32,000 nt of DNA from Propionibacterium freudenreichii subsp. freudenreichii (GTDB taxonomy: Bacteria; Actinomycetota; Actinomycetes; Propionibacteriales; Propionibacteriaceae), in the NCBI RefSeq assembly GCF_000940845.1, contig NZ_CP010341.1:2280001-2312000 (forward strand). Reading direction: 5' to 3'. Shown here piece after piece: positions 9,018 to 17,438 of this stretch. The notes under the pieces were generated by a model, which was not told where the DNA came from, did not search any database, and saw only the letters and a program-made list of their open reading frames with translations. Within the stretch, counting starts at the first letter, position 1. Every line of letters starts with the position of its first letter. The position numbers and the translations under genes were made by a program.

Positions 9018-10070
9018 TCAGGCCGCAAACGTCTCGGCCCCGGACGCTCCAACCTCCTGCTCATCGGCGTCGGTCAGTGGCGTCTCGAGGTCCTCCCCGG
9101 GAACGACGGCCGGCACGGTGCGCGCGCCCAGCAGCGGCTCGAGCCACACCGCGTCGCCCTCCAGGATGCCGCTGGTCTTGTGCACGGTGCGGGTGAGCTG
9201 CACCGTCACCTCCGGCTGGCCCGGCTCGGTGGGACGCACCGTGAGGCGCACCTCGAAGCCGATGCGCTGCACCCGCTCGAGGATGCCGGGGATGGCACCG
9301 GGACGCGGCTCGGCGTGCACCCGGATGTCATGGGGACGGATCAGCTGGCCGTCCAGGGTGGTGGTGTCGCCGAGGAAGCCCATCACGAAGCGGTTGGCGG
9401 GCTCGTCGTACAGCTCCTCGGGCGCGCCGATCTGCTCGATGCGTCCGCGGTTGATCACCACCACCGACTGCGCCAGCTCCAGCGCCTCCTCCTGGTCGTG
9501 GGTGACGAACACGGTGGTCACCTGCATCTGCTCGTGCAGGCGGGCCAACCATTCGCGCAGCTCCTTGCGCACCTTGGCGTCCAGGGCGCCGAAGGGCTCG
9601 TCGAGCAGCAGCACCTTGGGACGCACCGCCAGGGCCCGGGCCAGCGCCATCCGCTGGCGTTGGCCGCCCGACAGCTGCGCGGGCAGGCGGTCGGCGAACT
9701 GGCTCAGGTGCACCAGCCCCAGCAACTCATCGACGCGCTCGGCGATCTCGTCCTTGGGGCGCTTGCGCACGGTCAGGCCGAAGCCGACGTTCTTGGCCAC
9801 GCTCATGTGCTTGAACGCCGCATAGTGCTGGAAGACGAAGCCGATGTCGCGCTTGCGGGCGGGCACCGTGGTGGTGTCGGTGCCCCCGATCACCACCGTG
9901 CCGGTGTCGGCCTTCTCGAGCCCGGCGATGATGCGCAGCAGCGTCGACTTGCCGCCGCCGGACGGCCCGAGCAGCGCGGTGATCTCGCCGGTGGGAATGG
10001 TCAGGTTGATGTCAGTCAGGGCCGCGAAGTCGCCGAACGACTTGTTGAGGCCCTCGATTTCGATGCTCAT
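9018..10070 (-). CDS. cysA: Sulfate/thiosulfate ABC transporter ATP-binding protein
   Basis: Start [15 protein letters not shown] at ATG 10070, overlapping the cysW stop (ATGA). Walker [10 protein letters not shown], signature [15 protein letters not shown], Walker [12 protein letters not shown], and a C-terminal TOBE-like region. The 610-aa track ORF is a read-through artefact upstream of this start. Confidence 0.9.
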   Translation of the reverse strand: MSIEIEGLNKSFGDFAALTDINLTIPTGEITALLGPSGGGKSTLLRIIAGLEKADTGTVVIGGTDTTTVPARKRDIGFVFQHYAAFKHMSVAKNVGFGLTVRKRPKDEIAERVDELLGLVHLSQFADRLPAQLSGGQRQRMALARALAVRPKVLLLDEPFGALDAKVRKELREWLARLHEQMQVTTVFVTHDQEEALELAQSVVVINRGRIEQIGAPEELYDEPANRFVMGFLGDTTTLDGQLIRPHDIRVHAEPRPGAIPGILERVQRIGFEVRLTVRPTEPGQPEVTVQLTRTVHKTSGILEGDAVWLEPLLGARTVPAVVPGEDLETPLTDADEQEVGASGAETFAA

Positions 10071-10876
10071 TTTGCGGTCTCCTTGGGACGAAGGATCGAG
10101 ACGACGATGATCGAGATCACGGTCGCCAGGGTGAGCAGCAGGGCCACCGTGTAGGCCGTCTGCTGGTCGAAGTTCTGATAGGTCTCCTCCACGGCGAGCG
10201 TGGCGGTCTGGGTGAGCTGCGAGACATTGCCCGAGACCACCTTCACGGCGCCGAACTCGCCCAGCGAGCGGGCCAGCGACAGCACGACGCCATAGACGAC
10301 GGCCCACTTGATGCCGGGCAGGGTGATGCGCCAGAACGCCTGCCAGCCGCTGGCGCCCAGCGAGTTGGCGGCCTGTTCCTGGTCGTCGCCGATCTCCTGC
10401 AGCACCGGGACGAGCTCGCGGATCATCAGTGGCAGTGACACGAAGACGGTGGCGAGCACCATGCCGGGGGTGGCGAAGATGATGCGGTAGCCGGCATGGA
10501 ACAGGGCCCCGCCCAGGGCGGCGTCCTTGGCGTACACAAGGGTGAGCGCCAGGCCGACGACCACCGGCGACACCGACATCGGCAGGTCGACGAGCAGCGA
10601 CAGGATGCGTCGTCCGGGGAAGCGGTAGCGCACCAGCAGCAGCGAGATGCCCACACCGAACACCAGGTTGATCACCACCGCGATGCCGGCGACGATCGCG
10701 GTGAGGCGCAGCGCCGAGGTCACCTGGGGGCTCGACAGGGTCTGTGCCACCACGCCGAAGCCCGACGAGAAGGTGTTGCGCACCACCAGGGCCACCGGCC
10801 AGGCGACCAGCAGCGTCAGATAGGCGATGGCGAACAGTCGTAGGCCCCATTTCACGGGGCGGGGTTCACGAATCAC
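10067..10876 (-). CDS. cysW: Sulfate ABC transporter permease
   Basis: 269 aa, six TM segments, and a [15 protein letters not shown]-terminus similar to CysW. GTG start at 10876 overlaps the cysT end by 11 nt. An alternative GTG at 10855 is possible. Confidence 0.85.
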   Translation of the reverse strand: MIREPRPVKWGLRLFAIAYLTLLVAWPVALVVRNTFSSGFGVVAQTLSSPQVTSALRLTAIVAGIAVVINLVFGVGISLLLVRYRFPGRRILSLLVDLPMSVSPVVVGLALTLVYAKDAALGGALFHAGYRIIFATPGMVLATVFVSLPLMIRELVPVLQEIGDDQEQAANSLGASGWQAFWRITLPGIKWAVVYGVVLSLARSLGEFGAVKVVSGNVSQLTQTATLAVEETYQNFDQQTAYTVALLLTLATVISIIVVSILRPKETAK

Positions 10877-11900
10877 GACGGGCCGCCTTCCTGCGGATCA
10901 CATCGAGCCCGAAGATCGCGAGGGCCGCGATGATGAGCATTCCGGTGGCCAGCGCCGACGCGGAGACCAGGTCGCCATTCTCGATATGGCTGAGCACGCG
11001 CACGCTGACCACCTCGGTGCGGTTGGGCAGGTTGCCCGACAGCAGCACCAGCGAGCCGTACTCGGAGATGCCGCGGGCGAAGGACAGCGCGGCACCCGAG
11101 GTGATGGCCGGCACCAGGGACGGCAGCACCACCTTGACGAAGATCGTCGGCTGGCTGGCGCCGAGCAGGCCGGCCGCCTCCTCGACGTCGGTGTCCAGTT
11201 CCTCGAGCACCGGCTGCACCGCCCGCACCACGAAGGGCAGGGTGACGAAGGCGAGCGCGAACACCACCGCCCAGCGGGTGTTGGCGATGTCGATGCCCAG
11301 CGGCGAGCCGTCGCCGTACAGCGACAGCAGCACCAGGCCGGCGACCACGGTGGGCAGCGCGAAGGGGATGTCGATCACCACGTCGAGCACCGAGCGTCCC
11401 CAGAAGCGGTCGCGCACCAGCACCCAGGCGATCAGCGTGCCCACCACCACGTTCAGGGCGGTGACCAGCAGCGAGATGCCGGAGGTGAGCAGGATGGCGT
11501 TGAGGGTCTGCTTGTTGGTCAGCGCCGCGACGAACGGTCCGACGCCTCCGCTGGCGGCCGTGCCGACCACTGCGGCGAGCGGGATGAGCACCAGCAGGCT
11601 GAACCACAGCACCGCCACGCCCAGGCCGATGCCCGACGAGCCGGTGAGGGCGCGACGCCCCGACTTCGATTCCCCTCCGTTGCCCTTCCCGCCGCCGGAG
11701 CGGCGCAGGCGGGAGCGCAGGGCGTCCCAGACGGCACCCAGCAGGGCGCGCGAGGCGGGTGTCTCGCCGGCGTCGGTGCGTGCGGGACGCGTGGCGCGGG
11801 CGGGGATCTCCGTGGCCCCGGCGATGCCGGTGACCCCCGAGATCACGGTGTCGGAGGCCGGCAGGCCGAGGCCCAGCTGACCCACACTGTGTTGGCTCAT
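10866..11900 (-). CDS. cysT: Sulfate ABC transporter permease with ~75-aa N-terminal extension
   Basis: The permease core is LWFSLLVLIPLAAVV...IDIPFALPTVVAGLVLLSLYG. ATG 11900 overlaps the sbp stop (ATGA), which supports the long N-terminus. Confidence 0.85.
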   Translation of the reverse strand: MSQHSVGQLGLGLPASDTVISGVTGIAGATEIPARATRPARTDAGETPASRALLGAVWDALRSRLRRSGGGKGNGGESKSGRRALTGSSGIGLGVAVLWFSLLVLIPLAAVVGTAASGGVGPFVAALTNKQTLNAILLTSGISLLVTALNVVVGTLIAWVLVRDRFWGRSVLDVVIDIPFALPTVVAGLVLLSLYGDGSPLGIDIANTRWAVVFALAFVTLPFVVRAVQPVLEELDTDVEEAAGLLGASQPTIFVKVVLPSLVPAITSGAALSFARGISEYGSLVLLSGNLPNRTEVVSVRVLSHIENGDLVSASALATGMLIIAALAIFGLDVIRRKAARRDS

Positions 11901-13003
11901 GAGCTGGCCACCTTGCTGAGGAGTTTGGTGATCAGGCCACCGTCTGCGAAGAACTTCTTGTTGACCTTTGACCAGCCGCCGAAGTCCTTGTCGATCGTCA
12001 GCAGGCGGTCCGGCGTCGGATAGGGATTGCCCGGGTCATTGGCGCCCACCACCTGGGCGGGCACCGCACCGGCGAGCGGACGGAAACCGAAGCCGGCGAG
12101 CACGCCCTGACCCCGCTCGGAGTGGGCGAAGTCCAGCCAGGACGCCGCCGAGGCGCTCTGGGCATTGGTGAGCACGGCGCCCGGGTTCTCGATGGTCAGG
12201 GTGTCGTCGGGAACGATGTAGTCGAACACGCCGGGGTTCTTGTGCCGGGCCAGGATGGCCTCGTTCTCATAGGAGATGAGCACATCGGCATTGCCCGAGG
12301 TGAACGCGGTGGTGGCGTCGCGGCCGCTGCCGGGCAGCGAGACGGTGTTGCCGAGCACCTTGCCCAGGAAGTCCTCGGCCTGGTCGTCGTGCTTGCCGTC
12401 GGCGCCGATGTGGGCCCAGGCGGCCAGGATGTTCCAGCGCGCCGACCCCGATGAGCTCGGATTGGGGGTGACCACCTTCACGTCGGGGCGGGCCAGGTCG
12501 TCCCAGCCGGTGATGCCCAGCGGATTGCCGGGACGCACCACCAGCACCACCACCGACTTGGTGACGATGCCGTTGTGGGCGCCCTTCTTCCAGTCCTGGG
12601 AGACCAGGCCCTTGTCGACCAGGCGGGTCATGTCCGACGACAGCGAGAAGTGCACGAAGTCGGCGGGCAGTCCGTTGGCGACATTGCGGCTCTGCTCACC
12701 CGACGCACCGAAGGAGGTCTGCACCTTCACCCCGGAGCCGCCCGGGGTGGTGCCCCATTCTGCGGCCAGGCCGAGGTCGGCCTCCGAGAGCACGGCGAAG
12801 CCGACGATGGTCAGCTGGCCGGCGCGCGTGCCGGCCGAGGCGATGTTGGAGCAGCCCGCGAGCGCCGAGGCGCCGAGTGCGGAGGCACCCACCACGGCGC
12901 TGACGCCGAGCAGGAAGCGCCGCCGGCTCACCGGACGGGGTCCGGGGCTACCGGATGCGTGCGCAGCACCCCGGGGCACTGCGGTGGGGAATCGTGAGGT
13001 CAT
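11897..13003 (-). CDS. Sulfate-binding lipoprotein (periplasmic-binding component of the sulfate ABC transporter)
   Basis: 368 aa. Twin-arginine-like signal SRRRFLLG followed by the lipobox LAGCS. The body resembles Sbp/CysP/SubI and the gene is first in an operon with cysTWA. Confidence 0.85.
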   Translation of the reverse strand: MTSRFPTAVPRGAAHASGSPGPRPVSRRRFLLGVSAVVGASALGASALAGCSNIASAGTRAGQLTIVGFAVLSEADLGLAAEWGTTPGGSGVKVQTSFGASGEQSRNVANGLPADFVHFSLSSDMTRLVDKGLVSQDWKKGAHNGIVTKSVVVLVVRPGNPLGITGWDDLARPDVKVVTPNPSSSGSARWNILAAWAHIGADGKHDDQAEDFLGKVLGNTVSLPGSGRDATTAFTSGNADVLISYENEAILARHKNPGVFDYIVPDDTLTIENPGAVLTNAQSASAASWLDFAHSERGQGVLAGFGFRPLAGAVPAQVVGANDPGNPYPTPDRLLTIDKDFGGWSKVNKKFFADGGLITKLLSKVASS

Positions 13004-13554
13004 TGATCGGGGGTCTCTCGTTGGTGGTGGCCGGATGGTCAGCCGCCATCACCCGCAGCCGGAAGCCGCGCAGCCCGATCAAGTGGTGGGAAACCCAGTG
13101 GTGGGTCCGGAGCTGGTTCCTGTCGTATCCCAGAGCATGGGATCGTGCGACATGGGGATGTTGGTCACATGGTTGCGCCACTCCCCGGGGGCCCTCGGCC
13201 TCGCCTGATCGGGTGCGCCAACCGGTTTGGACGGGGTCAGCGGCACACGGGGCACAGACAACAACACAGCGCGCGGCGCATCGACGGCGCCTGCCTCTGC
13301 CGTGTGATCATGACCGGAACTATAGGTCACACAATGGGTGGTTCTTGCAATCCAGGAGACACATTGGTGCCAATTCGCCCCCGCCGACACCGGGTGGCCC
13401 CTCACCTCTGGCCCACCCTTGACGCGGGTATTCCCCCTAGTCACAGCCATGTTCGTGACGTCCGGACGGCCGTTTCGACAATGCCTCGAATTAACCCGGA
13501 TTTCACTCGGCGGCCGTCTCACACCCGGATACCCGGCCATTGTGGACACCGTGA

Positions 13555-13678
13555 TTGCCGGCCTTGAATGCTCTGCTATTGTGGCGCCATGCTTACCGGA
13601 ACCCATCCCACGATGCGTCGGGCCGTTGCCCTGCGCAGTGGGCTCGTGGCTTCCGATGTGTGTTGTCGGCTCGCCTGA
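13555..13678 (+). promoter_or_regulatory. Candidate leaderless short ORF (29 codons, adjacent Cys-Cys codons) in the sir operon leader
   Basis: TTGCCG (13555-13560), 16-nt spacer, TATTGT (13577-13582), 6 nt, then ATG 13589. The ORF reads MLTGTHPTMRRAVALRSGLVASDVCCRLA, with stop TGA 13676-13678, 112 nt before the sir ATG. This is pattern-based only. Confidence 0.25.
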
Positions 13679-13790
13679 TCGCGCGCCCAGCACTTTCTCT
13701 CTCCCCTTTTCGCCGGGCTCGTGTGCCTGACGACTCCTGTGTATTGGTGTGCGCTGGCATACGTGGCTCCTGATCAAGGACATCAATCCG

Positions 13791-15596
13791 ATGACAGCAT
13801 CGAAACCCTCCCCCCGTTCCCGCAAGGACGCCGCCGCCACGGCGAAGGCAAGCACCGACCAGGCAGCCGCCGGTCCCGCGCAGTCGCCCGCCACGACCCC
13901 CGCGCCCCCGGCACGCAAGCCGTCGCTGAAGAAGGCCAACAAGCGTCCCGAGGGCCAGTGGGCCGTCGACGGCCAAGAGCCGCTCAACGCCAACGAGGTG
14001 GTCAAGGCCGCCGATGACGGGCTCCACGTGCGTCCCCGCATCATCGACATCTACTCCAAGACCGGCTTCGATTCGATCCCCGAGGACGACCTGCAGACGC
14101 GTTTCCGCTGGTGGGGCCTGTACACGCAGCGCAAGCCGGGCCTGGACGGCACCGCCAACGCCACGATGAGCGACACCGAGCGTTCCGACAAGTACTTCCT
14201 GCAGCGCATCCGCATCGACGGCATGCCGCTGAGCATCCAGCGGCTGCGCGTGCTGGCGTCGATCTCCACCGACTTCGGACGCGACACCGCCGACATCACC
14301 GACCGGCAGAACCTGCAGGTGCACTGGATCGACGTGGCCGACCTGCCCGAGATCTGGCGTCGGCTCGAATCGGTGGGCCTCAACACCGTGCACACCGCCG
14401 GTGACGCGCCCCGCGCCTTCACCGCCTCCCCGGTGGCCGGCGTCTCGGCCAACGAGATCGTCGATCCCACCCCGGTGATCGCCGAGATCCGCGAGAAGTG
14501 GATCGGCACCGAGGAGGTGTCGAACCTGCCGCGCAAGTTCAAGACCTGCTTCACCGGCGATCCGAGCCTGGACGTGGCCCACGAGCTCAACGACATCTCG
14601 TTCGTCGGCGTGCGCCATCCCGAGCTCGGCCCCGGCTTCGACATCTGGGCCGGCGGCGGTCTGTCCGCCAACCCGCACCTGGCCGAACGGCTGGGCGCCT
14701 TCGTGACCGCCGACGAGGCGGCCGACGTGTGGCACGCGATGATCCTGGTGTTCCGCGACTACGGCTTCCGTCGCCTGCGCAACAAGGCCCGCATGAAGTT
14801 CCTGGTGGAGGCCTGGGGCGTCGAGAAGCTGCGTGACGTGCTGGAGCGCGAATACCTCGGCCACAAGCTGGCCGACGGCCCCGCCCCCGAGGCACCCACC
14901 GAGCCGGGCGACCACATCGGCGTGCACGACCAGAAGAACGGCCGCAAGTACGTCGGCTTCGCCCCCACCGTGGGACGCCTGTCGGGCACCATCCTGGCCA
15001 AGGTCGCCGACGCCGCCGAGAAGGCCGGCTCCGACGACGTGCGCTTCACGCCCTACCAGAAGCTGCTCGTGCTCGACGTGGAACCCGACCGCGTCGACCA
15101 GCTCGTGGCCGACATGGAGGAGCTGGGCCTCACCGCCCATCCCAAGCCGTTCCGCCGCAACACGATGGCCTGCACCGGCATCGAGTTCTGCAAGCAGGCG
15201 TTCACCGAGACCAAGGCGCCGGCCGCGCGCATGGTCGACGACCTGGACACCCGCCTGGCCGATGTGACGCTCCCGGGCCCGATCACGCTGAACATGAACG
15301 GATGCCCGCATTCCTGCGCCCGCATCCAGGTGGCCGACATCGGTCTGAAGGGCCAGCTGACCCGCACCCCCGAGGGCGAGACGCAGCAGACCTACCAGGT
15401 GCACCTGGGCGGCGGACTCGTCTCGTCGAACCGCGACGATCCGGGGCTGGGCCGCACCGTGCGTGGACTCAAGGTCACCCCCGATGACCTCACTGACTAT
15501 GTCGAGCGCCTCACGCGTCGCTTCCTGGAGCAGCGCGCGGACGACGAGAGCTTTGCCCAATGGGCACACCGAGCCGAGGAGGACAGCCTTCGATGA
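13791..15596 (+). CDS. sir: Ferredoxin-dependent sulfite reductase (siroheme/[4Fe-4S], SirA/NirA type)
   Basis: Start ATG 13791, with aagga 10 nt upstream; GTG 13749 is an alternative. Motifs: EGQWAVDGQEPLNANE, RFRWWGLYTQRK, and the cluster/siroheme cysteines CTGIEFC and GCPHSCARIQ. Confidence 0.9.
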   Translation: MTASKPSPRSRKDAAATAKASTDQAAAGPAQSPATTPAPPARKPSLKKANKRPEGQWAVDGQEPLNANEVVKAADDGLHVRPRIIDIYSKTGFDSIPEDDLQTRFRWWGLYTQRKPGLDGTANATMSDTERSDKYFLQRIRIDGMPLSIQRLRVLASISTDFGRDTADITDRQNLQVHWIDVADLPEIWRRLESVGLNTVHTAGDAPRAFTASPVAGVSANEIVDPTPVIAEIREKWIGTEEVSNLPRKFKTCFTGDPSLDVAHELNDISFVGVRHPELGPGFDIWAGGGLSANPHLAERLGAFVTADEAADVWHAMILVFRDYGFRRLRNKARMKFLVEAWGVEKLRDVLEREYLGHKLADGPAPEAPTEPGDHIGVHDQKNGRKYVGFAPTVGRLSGTILAKVADAAEKAGSDDVRFTPYQKLLVLDVEPDRVDQLVADMEELGLTAHPKPFRRNTMACTGIEFCKQAFTETKAPAARMVDDLDTRLADVTLPGPITLNMNGCPHSCARIQVADIGLKGQLTRTPEGETQQTYQVHLGGGLVSSNRDDPGLGRTVRGLKVTPDDLTDYVERLTRRFLEQRADDESFAQWAHRAEEDSLR

Positions 15597-16342
15597 GCAC
15601 CCAAACACAGGCCACACCCACACCAGTGAGCCACGGCCCCGGACGCGAGCGTTCGGTCGCCGAGCTGAAGGCACTGGTGGAGCAGGCGAACATCGCACTC
15701 GCCGACGCCACGGCCGAGCAGATCGCCACCTGGGCCGACGAGACCTTCGGCAAGTCGCTGGTGGTCGCCTGCTCGATGGCCGGCGACACCGTGCTGCCGC
15801 ACCTGGTGTCGCAGCATGCGCCGGGCGTCGACGTGCTGTTCCTCAACACCGGCTACCACTTCGCCGAGACCATCGGCACCCGTGATGCCCTCATCGGCTC
15901 CATCAACGCCAACATCTTCGATGTGACGCCGGTGCAGACCGTCGCCGAGCAGGACGCCGAGTACGGCGAGAAGCTCTACGAACGCAATCCCACCCTGTGC
16001 TGCCAGCTGCGCAAGGTGGAGCCGATCAACCGCGAGTTGGCCGGCTACGAGGCCTGGGTCACCGGGATCCGGCGCGAGGACAACGCGAACCGCGCGCATG
16101 CCGGCGTCGTCGAATGGGATGAGACCCATCAGATGGTGAAGGTGAACCCGCTGGCCGCCTGGAGCTTCGACGACGTGCTCGAGTACGCGTCGATCCACCA
16201 GGTGCCGATCAACCTGCTGCTCACCGCCGGCTACCCGTCCATTGGTTGCGAGCCCTGCACGCAACCGGTTGCCGAGGGTGAGGACCCCCGATCCGGCCGC
16301 TGGGCCGGCATCGCCAAGACCGAGTGCGGACTGCACCTGTGA
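15593..16342 (+). CDS. cysH: Adenosine 5'-phosphosulfate (APS) reductase, thioredoxin-dependent, Fe-S type
   Basis: ATG 15593 overlaps the sir stop (ATGA) and has gaggagga ~10 nt upstream. Catalytic ECGLH at the C-terminus. The CC (TLCCQLRK) plus CxxC (IGCEPCT) cysteines are characteristic of APS rather than PAPS reductases. Confidence 0.9.
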   Translation: MSTQTQATPTPVSHGPGRERSVAELKALVEQANIALADATAEQIATWADETFGKSLVVACSMAGDTVLPHLVSQHAPGVDVLFLNTGYHFAETIGTRDALIGSINANIFDVTPVQTVAEQDAEYGEKLYERNPTLCCQLRKVEPINRELAGYEAWVTGIRREDNANRAHAGVVEWDETHQMVKVNPLAAWSFDDVLEYASIHQVPINLLLTAGYPSIGCEPCTQPVAEGEDPRSGRWAGIAKTECGLHL

Positions 16343-16368
16343 CCGCCACAGAAAGAGAGTCATCAACC

Positions 16369-17436
16369 GTGAACAACCCGCCGTTGGAATCATCGCTCGT
16401 CGACACGGCGACCACCGATTCCTTCATCCCCTCGGGCACCGGAGCGTCCATCTTCGGCCAGCCCACAAGCTCCCGCGAGAACCCCCGCGGGGCGACGTCC
16501 GCCGGCCAGCCGGCCGGCCACCAGGCCTCGCATGACACCTCGGGCGCGCTCAGCCACCTGGCCGCGCTGGAGGCCGAATCGATCCACATCTTCCGCGAGA
16601 CCGTCGGCGAGCTGGAGCACCCCGTGCTGCTGTTCAGCGGCGGCAAGGACTCCGTGGTGATGCTGCACCTGGCCGCCAAGGCGTTCTGGCCCGGACGCGT
16701 GCCCTTCCCGCTGCTGCACGTTGACACCGGCCACAACTTCCCCGAGGTGCTCGCCTACCGCGACTTCACCGCCGAGCGGATGGGGTTGCGCCTGATCGTG
16801 GCCAAGGTGCAGGACTACATCGACGACGGACGGCTCCAGGAGCGTCCCGACGGCACCCGCAATCCGCTGCAGACCCAGCCCCTGCTCGACGCCATCGCCG
16901 AGGGCGGTTTCGACGCCGTTTTCGGTGGCGGACGCCGCGACGAAGAGAAGGCGCGCGCCAAGGAACGCATCGTGAGCCTGCGCGACGAGTTCGGCCAATG
17001 GGACCCGCGCAACCAGCGCCCCGAACTGTGGAATCTCTACAACCCGCGTCACCAGCCCGGCGAGCATGTGCGGGTGTTCCCGCTGTCGAACTGGACCGAG
17101 CTGGACGTGTGGAACTACATCGCCGACCAGCACATCGAGCTGCCCAGCCTGTACTACGCCCACGACCGTGAGGTGTTCGAGCACAACGGCATGCTGCTGC
17201 CTGTGTCGCCGGTGACCACGCCGGGCGCCGACGAGCCGGTGACCACGCGCCATGTGCGCTACCGCACCATCGGCGACATGTCCTGCACCGGCGCCGTGCT
17301 GTCCGACGCCGAGACCATCAACGACGTGCTCGTCGAGGTGGCCACCACCCACATCACCGAACGTGGCGCGACAAGGGCGGACGATCGTCTGTCGGAGGCC
17401 GCCATGGAGGACCGCAAGAAGGAAGGCTACTTCTAA
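16369..17436 (+). CDS. cysD: Sulfate adenylyltransferase subunit 2
   Basis: Conserved core LSHLAALEAESIHIFRETVGELEHPVLLFSGGKDSVVMLHLA. The start is uncertain: GTG 16369 (gaaagagag 9 nt upstream), GTG 16339 (GTGA overlap with the cysH stop), or GTG 16324. Any of these gives a 55-70 aa low-complexity N-terminal extension. Confidence 0.85.
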   Translation: MNNPPLESSLVDTATTDSFIPSGTGASIFGQPTSSRENPRGATSAGQPAGHQASHDTSGALSHLAALEAESIHIFRETVGELEHPVLLFSGGKDSVVMLHLAAKAFWPGRVPFPLLHVDTGHNFPEVLAYRDFTAERMGLRLIVAKVQDYIDDGRLQERPDGTRNPLQTQPLLDAIAEGGFDAVFGGGRRDEEKARAKERIVSLRDEFGQWDPRNQRPELWNLYNPRHQPGEHVRVFPLSNWTELDVWNYIADQHIELPSLYYAHDREVFEHNGMLLPVSPVTTPGADEPVTTRHVRYRTIGDMSCTGAVLSDAETINDVLVEVATTHITERGATRADDRLSEAAMEDRKKEGYF

Positions 17437-17438
17437 AG

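Noticed and set aside
9018-10850. 610-aa minus-strand ORF given in the track for the cysA region.
   Set aside because: Its upstream 259 codons are an out-of-frame read across cysW, R/P/G-rich. The real start is the ATG at 10070 (MSIEIEGL), overlapping the cysW stop.
9006-12023. Plus-strand ORFs 9006-10154, 10744-11880 and 10827-12023, antisense to cysA/cysW/cysT.
   Set aside because: They are shadow ORFs. The minus strand holds a translationally coupled transporter operon with ATGA overlaps.
13449-13730. 93-codon ORF with 7 cysteines in the sulfate-locus spacer (ATG 13449, part of track ORF 13338-13730).
   Set aside because: Third-position GC is only about two-thirds by my count, versus near-saturation in the real genes here. 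There is no SD, and the candidate -35/-10 spacing (13 nt) is wrong. The Cys content may simply reflect TGC/TGT-rich non-coding sequence.
13004-13790. A SAM or other known riboswitch in the sir leader.
   Set aside because: I could not recognise SAM-I or SAM-IV conserved cores or any other riboswitch signature by eye. This is left as an open check (Infernal/Rfam) rather than a call.
13593-15698. 701-aa minus-strand ORF antisense to the sulfite reductase gene.
   Set aside because: Same high-GC shadow-ORF artefact. The plus strand encodes a protein with intact siroheme/Fe-S motifs.
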